NCBI GenBank assembly: GCA_051599415.1
Contig: AP039706.1
Location: 124,001-188,000, forward strand
DNA: 64,000 bases
Direction: 5' to 3'
From: Savitreella phatthalungensis
Lineage: Eukaryota
Both the position numbers and the translations under genes were made by a program. Numbering within the stretch: the first letter of the stretch is position 1; each line of letters starts with the position of its first letter. The notes below the pieces were generated by a model. The model ran no database searches and was not told the DNA's origin. It saw only the letters and a program-made list of their open reading frames with translations. Below are positions 52,624 through 62,482 of the stretch, one piece after another.

Positions 52624-55600
52624 ATGAGCGATGCGCTCAAACCAGATGCACCAATGTTTGTGCCGCGCACGGTTGCAGGCACGTCAGAGCCAGAGAGAAC
52701 ACATGCCGCACCGAGGAATGGCAGACGGAAATCAAAGAAGCCTGCAGCTCAGCCACAACAAGAACACGAGCAGCAGCAGCAGAGACAGCATCTACAGACG
52801 GCGCAGCTGCCCGTAGCGCGCAGGCATGTTAGAGCATCACAGCCTGCAAGCTCAGCGGACACGAGCGATGCAGAAGCAAAGGGCCGCAGACGAAGACTGC
52901 GCAAGCCAAAGGCAGCATCCACCTCGACTAATGCGCCAAGTAAAGCTGCGGACAAGGGGCGTGTATCAGCTGCTGAGTCCTTGTCAAATGGGACACTAGC
53001 GATCAAGCTGCGCGAAGCAGAAACGATTCTAGAACGCCTCCAGATCGCGCTGGCAAAGAACGACTACGAATGCAACATTTGTCTCGACACTGTCCGTCAC
53101 AATCAGCAGACTTGGGCAGATCGTGATCATTGCTGGGCAGTTTTCCATCTCAAGTGTATTCGGCAATGGGCTGAACACAACAAGCAGGGAGATACGGCGA
53201 CGTGGCGCTGCCCTGCATGCCAGGGAGCAAATACGGAGGTACCGGAAGAATACACTTGCTTCTGCGGGCGCGAGATCCAGCCTGAGCACTCGCGTCTCCA
53301 TCCTCACAGCTGTGGCTCTACCTGCGGACGCGATCGCAGCTGTCCTCACCCGTGTCCATTGCAGTGTCATCCCGGACCGTGCCCACCATGCACAAACATG
53401 GCTGCAGCGAGTGCCTGCTGGTGCGGTCGATCAGAGGCTGCACGTCGATGTGTGGACACCGACTATGCGGCAGGAGGCTGGTCGTGCGGTAAGCCGTGTG
53501 AGGAGCCGATGCCTTGTGATCGAGATGGGCATGTCTGTCAGCAGCCTTGCCACCCCGGTCTCTGTGGCGCATGCGAGGTGCTCGAAGACTGGTCATGCTA
53601 TTGTGGGAGGGAGAGAAAAGAGCTGAAGTGCGCCTCACTGGGCGAGATCCAGCACGGCTGGTATGAAGACGAAGGTGTCGAGGTCGATGGCGCTTGGCAG
53701 TGCGCTCATACTTGTGATGCTCCATTTGCCTGCGGCAAGCATTCATGCAAAAGAAACTGCCATTCCAGAGACAAGCAACCATCTGCTTGTCCTCGGGAGC
53801 CTCGTCCAGACGAAGCATGTCCGTGCGGCAAGACCCAGCTCAAGGAACCTCGGACGACCTGCGAAGATGCCATCCCGTCGTGCGACATTCCATGTGCCAA
53901 GCAACTGGCTTGCGGTCACACATGCGAGCAGATCTGCTGTCCCGAGAACGAGGTCTGCCCGCCGTGCAAAGTCGAGGTTGAGCTTCCATGTGCCTGCGAG
54001 TCGCAGATGGTGAAATCGACTTGCCAGGATGCGCAGCTCGGCCTGCAGCCGGCGTGCGAGAGAGTATGTCGCACACAGCTGACATGTAAACGTCATGTTT
54101 GCAGCAATACTTGCTGCTCCGGGTTGCCGGCCGCGAAGGAGAGACTTGCTCGACTACCGAAGTCGCGCAAGCAGCGACAGCAACAACAAACCAACCTTCA
54201 AGCACTCTTCGAAATCGAGTCTGAGCACATCTGCACGCGGACGTGCGGCAGGACTCTCTCGTGCGGACAGCACGCGTGCGGTGTCAGCTGTCACGAAGGT
54301 CCATGCCCGTCGTGCCTGGTGGCCAGCTTCGACGACGTCACTTGCCACTGCGGGCGCACTCGGATCACAGCGCCAGTTCGTTGCGGAACTCCCCTTCCGA
54401 GCTGCACGTTCCAGTGCAATCGTCCTACACCATGCGGTCATCCCCGGGTCCAGCACCACTGCCACCCTGATCCAGACGGCTGTCCACGCTGCGTGTACCT
54501 GACCGACAAGGTGTGTGTGTGCGGCCAGCGTACCGTCCGGAATGTTCCGTGCTGGCGCGGAGAAGTTTCGTGCGGGTCGATCTGCCGAGAGCCCATGGGG
54601 TGTGGTCACCTGTGCCGGAAAGTATGTCATGCGCCTGGCGACCACGAAGACTGCAAGCAGGCGTGCGGTAAGCCAAAGGAGTGTGGACACCCCTGCACAG
54701 CTGTCTGCCACCCAGGCATCGACTGTCCTACCACCTGTGCAGCTACAGTCCAGGCCACCTGCGAATGTGGACATCTCCAAAAAACCGTGAGGTGTGGTCA
54801 ACCGAAGCTCTTGCCGTGCGACGCCACATGCGAGGTTGATGCTCGGTCGCGTCAGCTTGCAGAGGCGTTTGACGTCCAGGCTTCTGTGTCTTACGAGGAT
54901 GCGACGCTTGATTTCTTTGCCCGCAACCGGGACGTCTGCCTTGTGATTGAGGGCCAGATGAAAGACTTCATGCTGTCTGACGCTCGTGAGCACATCTTCA
55001 AGCCGATGCGCGCAGAACTCCGATCGTTCATCCACCAGCTCGCAGACGTGTGGCGCTGTCACGCAAGCCTCTCAGACGCCATCGCCACCTCCACATCCCA
55101 GAAATCAGTACAGCTCCTCAAGTGGAACGCCCGGCCGATGCCCATCCCAAGCAAACTCCTAGACCAAGCACTCGCAGACCGCACGCAGCCCAAACTCAAG
55201 CAACTCGATCGTCACAAGGGTCGCGGCTACAACGCTCTCGTCCTCCCGGGTATCAGATTCGGCGCGACGCGGGAGGATCTGGTGGCTGTGGTTGGTGAAT
55301 GGATGTCTCACCTGACGCCCAAGTGGGGTGGCAGTGGTGATGACGAGTGGGTGGCGCTCGTGCAAGTAGAGTCACCGACAGTCGATATCGATGCTACCTC
55401 TTCTTCAACAGCATTCGCGGCAGTCGCCTCACAGCCAGCATTGGATCCTCAGCAGCTCGAAGTCGAGCTCGCCAAGCGCAGACCAACCATCTCAGAAGCC
55501 CTTAGAAAAGCAGATCTCGCAGAAGGAGCTGCACTCGCCTGGATCGATCCTAGGTCCAACATCCTCAAGTACAGGGACGATGTCGATACAGCACGTCGGG

Positions 55601-55668
55601 TCAAGGCAGGCTGGACACCGGTAACGCTAAAGACGAGGACGAGTAATCCGTTCGATGCACTCGCATAG
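52624..55668 (+). CDS. FAP1: NF-X1/Fap1 (shuttle craft) RING E3 ligase with NF-X1 zinc fingers and R3H domain
   Basis: YECNIC...CWAVFHLKCIRQW...WRCPAC; repeated C-H-C...CHPGPC fingers; FKPMRAELRSFIHQLA (R3H); NPF tail. Confidence 0.92.
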   Translation: MSDALKPDAPMFVPRTVAGTSEPERTHAAPRNGRRKSKKPAAQPQQEHEQQQQRQHLQTAQLPVARRHVRASQPASSADTSDAEAKGRRRRLRKPKAASTSTNAPSKAADKGRVSAAESLSNGTLAIKLREAETILERLQIALAKNDYECNICLDTVRHNQQTWADRDHCWAVFHLKCIRQWAEHNKQGDTATWRCPACQGANTEVPEEYTCFCGREIQPEHSRLHPHSCGSTCGRDRSCPHPCPLQCHPGPCPPCTNMAAASACWCGRSEAARRCVDTDYAAGGWSCGKPCEEPMPCDRDGHVCQQPCHPGLCGACEVLEDWSCYCGRERKELKCASLGEIQHGWYEDEGVEVDGAWQCAHTCDAPFACGKHSCKRNCHSRDKQPSACPREPRPDEACPCGKTQLKEPRTTCEDAIPSCDIPCAKQLACGHTCEQICCPENEVCPPCKVEVELPCACESQMVKSTCQDAQLGLQPACERVCRTQLTCKRHVCSNTCCSGLPAAKERLARLPKSRKQRQQQQTNLQALFEIESEHICTRTCGRTLSCGQHACGVSCHEGPCPSCLVASFDDVTCHCGRTRITAPVRCGTPLPSCTFQCNRPTPCGHPRVQHHCHPDPDGCPRCVYLTDKVCVCGQRTVRNVPCWRGEVSCGSICREPMGCGHLCRKVCHAPGDHEDCKQACGKPKECGHPCTAVCHPGIDCPTTCAATVQATCECGHLQKTVRCGQPKLLPCDATCEVDARSRQLAEAFDVQASVSYEDATLDFFARNRDVCLVIEGQMKDFMLSDAREHIFKPMRAELRSFIHQLADVWRCHASLSDAIATSTSQKSVQLLKWNARPMPIPSKLLDQALADRTQPKLKQLDRHKGRGYNALVLPGIRFGATREDLVAVVGEWMSHLTPKWGGSGDDEWVALVQVESPTVDIDATSSSTAFAAVASQPALDPQQLEVELAKRRPTISEALRKADLAEGAALAWIDPRSNILKYRDDVDTARRVKAGWTPVTLKTRTSNPFDALA

Positions 55669-55737
55669 GTGGTATAATTACATGCATGATGTCATTTCTA
55701 CGTTGTCGCGGGCGGTGGTGATGGTGGTGATGGCGTG

Positions 55738-56787
55738 TTAGATGACGGTGACCATCCAGCCGAAAGTGTCTTGGAGGTCGCCTGTCTGGATACCCCGGAG
55801 GGCCTGCATGAGCTTGAGTGCGCCTGGACCCATCTTGTCCTGCAGCTGGACGAGCTTCTGGCCCTTGTAGGTGACACTGCCAATGGGCGAGAGCACGGCC
55901 GCCGTGCCAGCAGAAAGAATCTCATCAAACGTCGCAATGTCCTCCACCGGAACTGGTCTTAACTCGACAGTCCAACCGAAAGACCGCGCCAGGTCAACCA
56001 CGCTCTTGGTCGTCACGGATTTCAGGATCGATGTGGACTCTGGGACGACGAGGGTTGTGCTGGATCCGTTGTGCTTGAGGGCGAGGAAGTTGGAAGTGCT
56101 GAATTCGTCGACGTGGGTCCGCGTCTTGGAGTCCAGGTGGAGGGTGATTGGGAATCCAGAGGCCTTGGCCTTGGCGGCGTGTGGGAAGACAGGTGCGTAG
56201 TTGCCGCCGAGCTTGGCAGAACCCGTTCCGTAAGGTGCGGCCCGGTCAAAGTCCTCGACGATAATCGCGTCGATCGGTGATGCACCAGAAGCGCTATACA
56301 GGTTGGCGACCGGGGTGACGGCGACGATGAAGTGGAAGCGGCTCGGGGGGATCAGCCCGAGTTGTTCACCGCTACCAATCAGGAGCGGCCGAACGTAGAG
56401 AGACTGACCGAGCTCGTAAGGTGGAACGAATTCTGCATTCTCCAATACCGCCTTCTTGACGCCATCAATGAAAAGAGCTTCGGAGATGGAAGGGATACCG
56501 ATGTAGCTAGCACTGTGGTTCATGCGCTTCGCGTTCTCGTCAGGTCGGAAGACGCGAATGTGACCGTCCTTGCATCTGTAAGCCTTCAACCCTTCAAAGC
56601 ACTGCTCACCGTAGTTGATGGCTGGCGAGAGGACAGGTAAGGTAATCTGGTTGCCGGGAACAGTCTCAAGAGGACCCCATTGACCATCTTGCCAGATACT
56701 CTGAACATAGCTGTTTACCTTGTTTGCGGCGAATGTGAGATTTGGCCAGTCGACTGAAGCTGATGGCTGGGGAATCGAGGACGTCAT
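55738..56787 (-). CDS. Branched-chain amino acid aminotransferase (PLP fold type IV), TOXF-like cytosolic clade
   Basis: NYGEQCFEGLKAYR, FRPDENAKRM, LYVRPLL, GTGSAKLGGNYAP, DEFSTSNF, SILKSVT, AGTAA. Confidence 0.92.
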   Translation of the reverse strand: MTSSIPQPSASVDWPNLTFAANKVNSYVQSIWQDGQWGPLETVPGNQITLPVLSPAINYGEQCFEGLKAYRCKDGHIRVFRPDENAKRMNHSASYIGIPSISEALFIDGVKKAVLENAEFVPPYELGQSLYVRPLLIGSGEQLGLIPPSRFHFIVAVTPVANLYSASGASPIDAIIVEDFDRAAPYGTGSAKLGGNYAPVFPHAAKAKASGFPITLHLDSKTRTHVDEFSTSNFLALKHNGSSTTLVVPESTSILKSVTTKSVVDLARSFGWTVELRPVPVEDIATFDEILSAGTAAVLSPIGSVTYKGQKLVQLQDKMGPGALKLMQALRGIQTGDLQDTFGWMVTVI

Positions 56788-56900
56788 GAGAAGTGGAGAT
56801 GATAGAGATACTATTGTGAATCAGATGGTCGGCTGAGGAAGGTCTTGGAGGTTATAAGGGGTTGTCGAGGTTGTTGATATATATGTATAGGAGGATATGA

Positions 56901-56965
56901 TGACTCTGACGTCGATGCATGCAGACGGTCACGTGACGAGCTCGAGCCAGTATCTCTATCACGTG
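56901..56965. promoter_or_regulatory. Candidate Gcn4/CpcA site (TGACTC, 56901) and E-boxes (GTCACGTGAC 56928-56937; CACGTG 56960) upstream of BCAT
   Basis: Motif matches 115-180 bp upstream of an amino-acid metabolic gene; function is inferred. Confidence 0.35.
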
Positions 56966-57134
56966 TGCAAATGCTGCCGTTGACTGAATTCGAAGATTAT
57001 CGACTCGAGATTTAATAAGATCTTCACCATGAATCAAAGTCCATCGAATTGCGATATGCAGTACGAATATTCTCTCCTGTAAGTATTCATATCTATAAGT
57101 CTACTTCTGACGATATCTAATAGAATCGTGGCCA

Positions 57135-57149
57135 TGAAATAATTTTTCA
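57135..57149. promoter_or_regulatory. RRPE-like element upstream of eIF3b
   Basis: TGAAATAATTTTTCA (reverse complement TGAAAAATTATTTCA) resembles the RRPE consensus TGAAAAWTTTT. Confidence 0.3.
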
Positions 57150-57495
57150 GAAGAGGTATTAGGTATTCTCTTCTGGTGATATAATTGTCTGACTATTGAT
57201 TTTAGTCTGTTCGTGAGAAGTTGATCAATCGTGCATTCATCCCAAGATACACGTGTCCGTATTCACTCCTGCATCGAACAATCCGAAAGAATATTCATCA
57301 TACATTCAGTCAACTCATTCATTCATTCATTCATTCACTCCTGGAGGAAAAGTTACGCGGACAGAGAAGCGCGTCCTGTGTGTCTGACGGAAGTTAGACA
57401 GCGTCTTACAACATAACAGAGCAGAGAGGGTACATATTTGCTTTCAGAGATCGATACCTCCTCTTCTACTGCAATCATCTCATCTCTGTTTCAAG

Positions 57496-59640
57496 ATGAG
57501 CAGCATCGATGAGCAGATCGATTTCCGTGATCTGGAAGACAAGTACAGAGTCGAGCAGGAAGAAGGTTTCGACTGCATCGTCCTAGTCGATGGAATTCCA
57601 GTCATTCCAGAAAGCAAGAAGGCAGCACTCATTCGTGTTCTCACAAAGACGCTCGACAGGTTCGGTAAGCTAAAAGAGGATGGCATTTTCATGCCCTTTG
57701 GTGAAGATGGCCAGAACAAGGGTTTCGCATTCGTCGAGTATGAGACTCCCGCACAGGCAAATCGCTGCGTTCGTGAGCTCAATGGCTACAAGCTCGACAA
57801 GGCGCACACATTCCAGGTGAATCTGATCGGCGATGTTGAGAAATACGCAGAGATGCCTGACGAGTACCGTCCTCCGCGCGAAGAGCAGGCATTCCAGGAG
57901 CACGAGCACTTGCGCTCCTGGCTCGCAGATTACGCTGGCCGCGACCAGTACGTTGTCCTCCGCGGTGACGAGGTTTCTGTAAACTGGAACAACAAGGAGG
58001 ACGGACCTGAGCCGGAAGTCGCTCGCAACAACTGGACAGAGACATACACACAGTGGTCACCACTCGGCTCCTATCTTGCCAGCTTCCACCAGCAGGGTCT
58101 CCAGCTCTGGGGAGGAGCAAGCTGGAAGCGAATTGCTCGATTTGCTCACCCACGTGTCAAGCTTATTGACTTCTCACCTCAGGAGTCCTTCCTCGTTACG
58201 TGGTCGAACGAACCACTGGAACTGCCACCAGCAGGGCATCCAGCACGACTCACAATGCCCTTCACACAGGAAGATGAAGGCAAGCAGGTGTTTGTGTGGG
58301 ACCTGAAGAAGGGTATCCTCCTCCGCAGCTTCCCGGGACAGACGCTCGAGCCCAACAAGAAGATGGTGTGGCCGATGTTCAAGTGGTCGTCCGACGAGAA
58401 ATACCTCGCACGCATGACGCCTGGTCAGATCTGGGTATACGAGACCCCATCGATGGGTCTGCTGGAGAAGAAGTCCATCAAGATCGAAGGTGTCGTTGAC
58501 TTTGAGTGGTCGCCTGCCCAGCCCCTTCTGTCATACTGGACTCCTGAAGTCGGCAATCAGCCTGCTCGTGTCTCCGTCATGGCCATCCCGTCAAAGGAAA
58601 TCGTCCGCACAAAGAACCTGTATTCCGTTAGCGACTGCAAAATGCACTGGCAGTCTGCGGGCGACTACCTCTGCATCAAGGTCGACCGTCACACAAAGTC
58701 GAAGAAGGGTTCGTTCACCAACCTCGAGATCTTCCGCGTGTGCGAGAAGAACATCCCTGTGGAGGTGATCGAGATCAAGGACACGGTGATCAACTTTGCA
58801 TGGGAGCCAAAGGGTGCTCGCTTTGCCTTGATCCAGACAAACGACCCGAACCTTGGCACACCGCTCGGCGTCACACTTAAGACGACGCTGGCCTTCTACG
58901 CACTCGAAGCCGCCAAGCAGAAGCACGAGTCGAACTTCAAGCTGGTGCGAGCAATAGACCGGAAGACCTGCAACTCGCTCGCATGGTCACCGAAGGGACG
59001 ATTCCTCGTCGCTGCCACCCTCGGTTCCACCTCGACCTTTGACCTCGAATTCTGGGATGTGGATTTCGAGGGCGACAAGAAGGAGGACGAGAAGGAGTTT
59101 GCAGCCAACTTGCAGTGTCTCTCGACTGCAGAGCACTACGGCATCACAGACCTCGAGTGGGATCCCTCTGGTCGATATCTTACGACGTCGTCCTCCTTCT
59201 GGAAGCACAAGATGGAGAACGGATTCACGCTGTGGGACTTCAAGGGCCAGCAGATCGCAGAGCAGCCGCTCGAGAACTTCAAGCAGATCATCTGGCGTCC
59301 TCGTCCACCGTCACTCCTCTCCAAGGCCGACCAGAAGCAGATTCGCAAGAACCTGAGAGACTACTCGCGCACATTCGACGACGAGGACAACCTGAAGCAG
59401 AACGAGGCTGCGAGGGAGCTGCTCGAGGAGCGCAGAAGACTTGTTGACGAGTGGAACGAGTGGCGCGAAGGTGTGCTCCGCCGTCTGGCTGAAGACCGCA
59501 AGTATCTCAACAAGCCACAGCACTGGGCAGAGAGGCTACTCTCAAAGCAGCAGGAGACAGAAAAAGTCGAAGAACTCGTCGAGGAAGTCATCTCAGAGCA
59601 CTCCGAAGTCGTCTCAAAGGCAACAGCCACCGCCGCCTGA
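57496..59640 (+). CDS. PRT1: Translation initiation factor eIF3 subunit b
   Basis: N-terminal RRM (VDGIPV, KGFAFVEY, GYKLDKAH), WTETYTQWSPLGSY, WD-like beta-propeller, WDPSGRY, WRPRPPSLL. Confidence 0.97.
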   Translation: MSSIDEQIDFRDLEDKYRVEQEEGFDCIVLVDGIPVIPESKKAALIRVLTKTLDRFGKLKEDGIFMPFGEDGQNKGFAFVEYETPAQANRCVRELNGYKLDKAHTFQVNLIGDVEKYAEMPDEYRPPREEQAFQEHEHLRSWLADYAGRDQYVVLRGDEVSVNWNNKEDGPEPEVARNNWTETYTQWSPLGSYLASFHQQGLQLWGGASWKRIARFAHPRVKLIDFSPQESFLVTWSNEPLELPPAGHPARLTMPFTQEDEGKQVFVWDLKKGILLRSFPGQTLEPNKKMVWPMFKWSSDEKYLARMTPGQIWVYETPSMGLLEKKSIKIEGVVDFEWSPAQPLLSYWTPEVGNQPARVSVMAIPSKEIVRTKNLYSVSDCKMHWQSAGDYLCIKVDRHTKSKKGSFTNLEIFRVCEKNIPVEVIEIKDTVINFAWEPKGARFALIQTNDPNLGTPLGVTLKTTLAFYALEAAKQKHESNFKLVRAIDRKTCNSLAWSPKGRFLVAATLGSTSTFDLEFWDVDFEGDKKEDEKEFAANLQCLSTAEHYGITDLEWDPSGRYLTTSSSFWKHKMENGFTLWDFKGQQIAEQPLENFKQIIWRPRPPSLLSKADQKQIRKNLRDYSRTFDDEDNLKQNEAARELLEERRRLVDEWNEWREGVLRRLAEDRKYLNKPQHWAERLLSKQQETEKVEELVEEVISEHSEVVSKATATAA

Positions 59641-59820
59641 TCTCATCCAACCCTTTCCTCCTTACATAGCTAATCCATCATTCCAAGTCAATAACTCTTC
59701 GTCTTTGTCTTGTTCACGACCACAGCTGGAAGGCGGCCATCGCGATGTATCTGTCAGTGGACTGACCAGGTAGAATCAAGGGTGTCCCACCAACACGTTC
59801 AAGGATGCTCACGTTTGCGT

Positions 59821-59915
59821 TCTCCATGTGTGGCAGAGTGTCTAGGCGACCGGCAACTTCGTCTGGGTCAAAAGACTTGAAACCGAGGATTTTGGAAAGC
59901 GATAACATTCATATC
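59821..59915 (-). pseudogene. Gene-fragment repeat, copy 1 (partner at ~61440-61530)
   Basis: Minus strand gives KILGFKSFDPDEVAGRLDTLPHM, homologous to KILEIKSLDPDEFADRLDTLPDM at ~61440-61515. Confidence 0.65.
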
Positions 59916-60861
59916 CTATCAAGTAGTCGCACTATATTTCTAGAGGAGACTGGGAAAGAAATCTTCGGATGGCAATATGGTGAGCATACATGCTGTCAAA
60001 TGCTGGAACATGAATGAATGTAGCTTTTGGCGATGTGTGATCTTGACTGCCGAAGTTGTTCGTGTTTCAGGCAAGCGAGTTGTGAGAAGGATTATTGGGT
60101 TTATGACGTACGCAGTGGTGGCGTGACCTGCAAGTATTGCACTTTTGGGAGTGAAGAGGGCAAAGAGCTAGAAAGCGATGAATAGCATAGCTGCGAGTGC
60201 TGCAGCTGATACAGCTACTCTCGAATCAGTTCTAGGGATCGCGTGATGATGGATGATCATGTCTGATGATTTTGATTTCCTTCCGCGTGTGAGTATGGAT
60301 GGATGCGAGAAACTGAGCTGACCTTGACTGTAACGATCGACATGAAACGCAAGAATTGTTTCTATTTTTGTTATCTGTGCATGAGGTTGATCAGCCTGGT
60401 GGAATTGTTGTAGCTTCATGTTTCAGAACCAAATGAGATTCAAAATTTAGAGCAAATGACGTAGAGATGGTCGTGTGACGGAGAATTTCCCAGCTTACGG
60501 GTTTTCACATTCGACTAAATGCAGATGAAAGCCGTTAAGCGATCGGTCCTTGCTTGTTGAGACGACCAAACTCGGTAACTCTAATTTTAATTCTCCCCGC
60601 GGAAGTAAATTGCATACATATGAATTTCTCCTTCAACCACAGACAAGTTGTTCTCGTGATTCGTTCCAGCCTCCAGGGTCTGGAAAGTTCTCTTACATAC
60701 AGCTCGAAACATCATAGTTCTGCAGCGATCCACATCCCCAAGGTGTATATATACACCCAAGATGTCGTCGCAGTCGCATGAAGCTTCTAAAGCTCAGAGT
60801 GCTGATTGAAGCTCTGCCACACGACCTCAGCAGGCCTTTCAGTCTGGATCATCGTCCACTC

Positions 60862-61342
60862 GAGTTGGCACGCAGAGGAAACCCTTTTGTAGGTCTGCCC
60901 TGAGCGCAGCCGCTTTGGAGACGTCTCGCGGGAATAGAAGTCCTCAAAGCAAGGGTGCAGACAGACTACCCCAGTCGATGACATTGACCCAATTGCGGAC
61001 GGGCTCGGATCATTTATCGGCGGGTGGCTTGAAGACACTAGGCTTCAGCCGCAAAGGGACTGGGATGTCCTCGTAGGAGACCCTACCCATCTCACGGATA
61101 AGTGATCCGAGCCCGGGTTAGGGACAGGGTTATGTCTACGATGACATCGAAGGTCTTTCGCGGCTGAAATCCAGCGTCTTCAAGCCGCCCGCTGATAAGT
61201 GGTCCAAACCCGTCCTGAATCGGACCAATGTCGTCCACTGGGGCAAGTCTGTGTGCAACTTTGGTACGAGAACTTCTGTTGCCGAGAGGCAGCTCGGAAG
61301 CAGCAGCGCTCATCGCAGACCGACTCCTCTGAGTGCCAACTC
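60862..61342. repeat. Diverged inverted repeat (arms ~60862-61088 and ~61120-61342) made of two pseudogenised paralog fragments
   Basis: Arms align in reverse complement at roughly three-quarters identity by eye; both encode RLK.SVFKPPADK.S.PV...NV..WG. Confidence 0.8.
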
Positions 61343-61439
61343 CATCGAGACTGGCTAATCGGCGCGTTCGAGGTAGACTAACCACGTCGAAGCATAGAAG
61401 TACCGCTTATTCGATACAGCTGGTATACGTACGTCTATT

Positions 61440-61530
61440 CCCCATGTCTGGCAGAGTGTCCAGGCGGTCGGCAAATTCGTCTGGGTCAAGAGACTTGATC
61501 TCGAGGATTTTAAATCCGATAACATGCATA
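61440..61530 (-). pseudogene. Gene-fragment repeat, copy 2
   Basis: Direct repeat of 59821-59915, e.g. tggcagagtgtc.aggcg..cggcaa.ttcgtctgggtcaa.agacttga. Confidence 0.65.
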
Positions 61531-61579
61531 CGGGATCTACGCGGCGCACTATAGACCTCATTCAGCCCATTACGGTCAT

Positions 61580-62482
61580 TTAGCCTGATGAGATTCCTGG
61601 GTCTTCGACTGAAACGAGGCTCTCACCCTCGGTGGCATCTTCATAGTCGTCGATGCTTGTGCGCGTCGACGGGAGGGTTGGCACCCACTCGACGGTTGCG
61701 ACCGCGTCTCCATCGAAAGACAACTCGACCATCGCCCGTGGTCGGAACGTGCGGACCTGCGTCTTGGACTTGTAGACAGGACGGTTGTCAAAACCGTCCC
61801 AGATCAGAAAACCGCTTTTCCATCTCTGCATTAACATGATCGTGATGTTTAAGGGCTTATCGTATTCCTTGACCTCGATATCGAGGTCGAAAGACGCCGA
61901 GATGGTCACGGCACTTGGGATCGGGATCAAGTAGCCTGTAAACTCTGGCAATATCGCCTCGTCAGCACCAATGATTGGGTCCAGCGTTAATGGGTGCTTC
62001 CCCGCCTTTTCTATGTCAAACTTAATTGCACTGGTCACACCACGAGAACGACCGAGTGTGCTGCCCGCCGTGCTGCTCGTTGTTATTCCTGCCTCCTTGA
62101 CGCGGCCTCCGCGTCCCTTCAGAACATGATCTGCACCATCTACTTTGTAGAAAGCGTATAGCTGCTTCAGCATCCCAGTGTCCGGCTGCTGCGGCTTGAG
62201 CGTGACTTCGAGTTGGACGCCCAATTTCGGGTCTCTTCCTTCAGAAGCGTACTGTGACACCGCGAGGTCGAGATGCGGCGGGTGGTTGTCTGACAGATTC
62301 CGTCGTTGCCTACCTCGAGTGCCACGCCGGGTTTCAGTAGAGTCATTAAGCTTCGGCAAGATTTGCATCGACGCCACAACGAGACGCCGGGCAGGAAGAG
62401 TCGAGATCCCTTCAGCAGTCGTGTCTTCTTCTGCCATGGTGACAAAGCCTTTTACTTCAATCGGGACCGCTTTCCTAGTCAT
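61580..62482 (-). CDS. Orphan ~300-aa protein of unknown function
   Basis: Long ATG-initiated ORF with protein-like composition; no motif I recognise. Confidence 0.55.
   Translation of the reverse strand: MTRKAVPIEVKGFVTMAEEDTTAEGISTLPARRLVVASMQILPKLNDSTETRRGTRGRQRRNLSDNHPPHLDLAVSQYASEGRDPKLGVQLEVTLKPQQPDTGMLKQLYAFYKVDGADHVLKGRGGRVKEAGITTSSTAGSTLGRSRGVTSAIKFDIEKAGKHPLTLDPIIGADEAILPEFTGYLIPIPSAVTISASFDLDIEVKEYDKPLNITIMLMQRWKSGFLIWDGFDNRPVYKSKTQVRTFRPRAMVELSFDGDAVATVEWVPTLPSTRTSIDDYEDATEGESLVSVEDPGISSG

Noticed and set aside
26247..59640. Apparent clustering of translation genes (eIF3j, eIF3b, Cdc123, Nop15, Fap1)
   Set aside because: They are interspersed with unrelated housekeeping genes, which is compatible with chance in a compact genome
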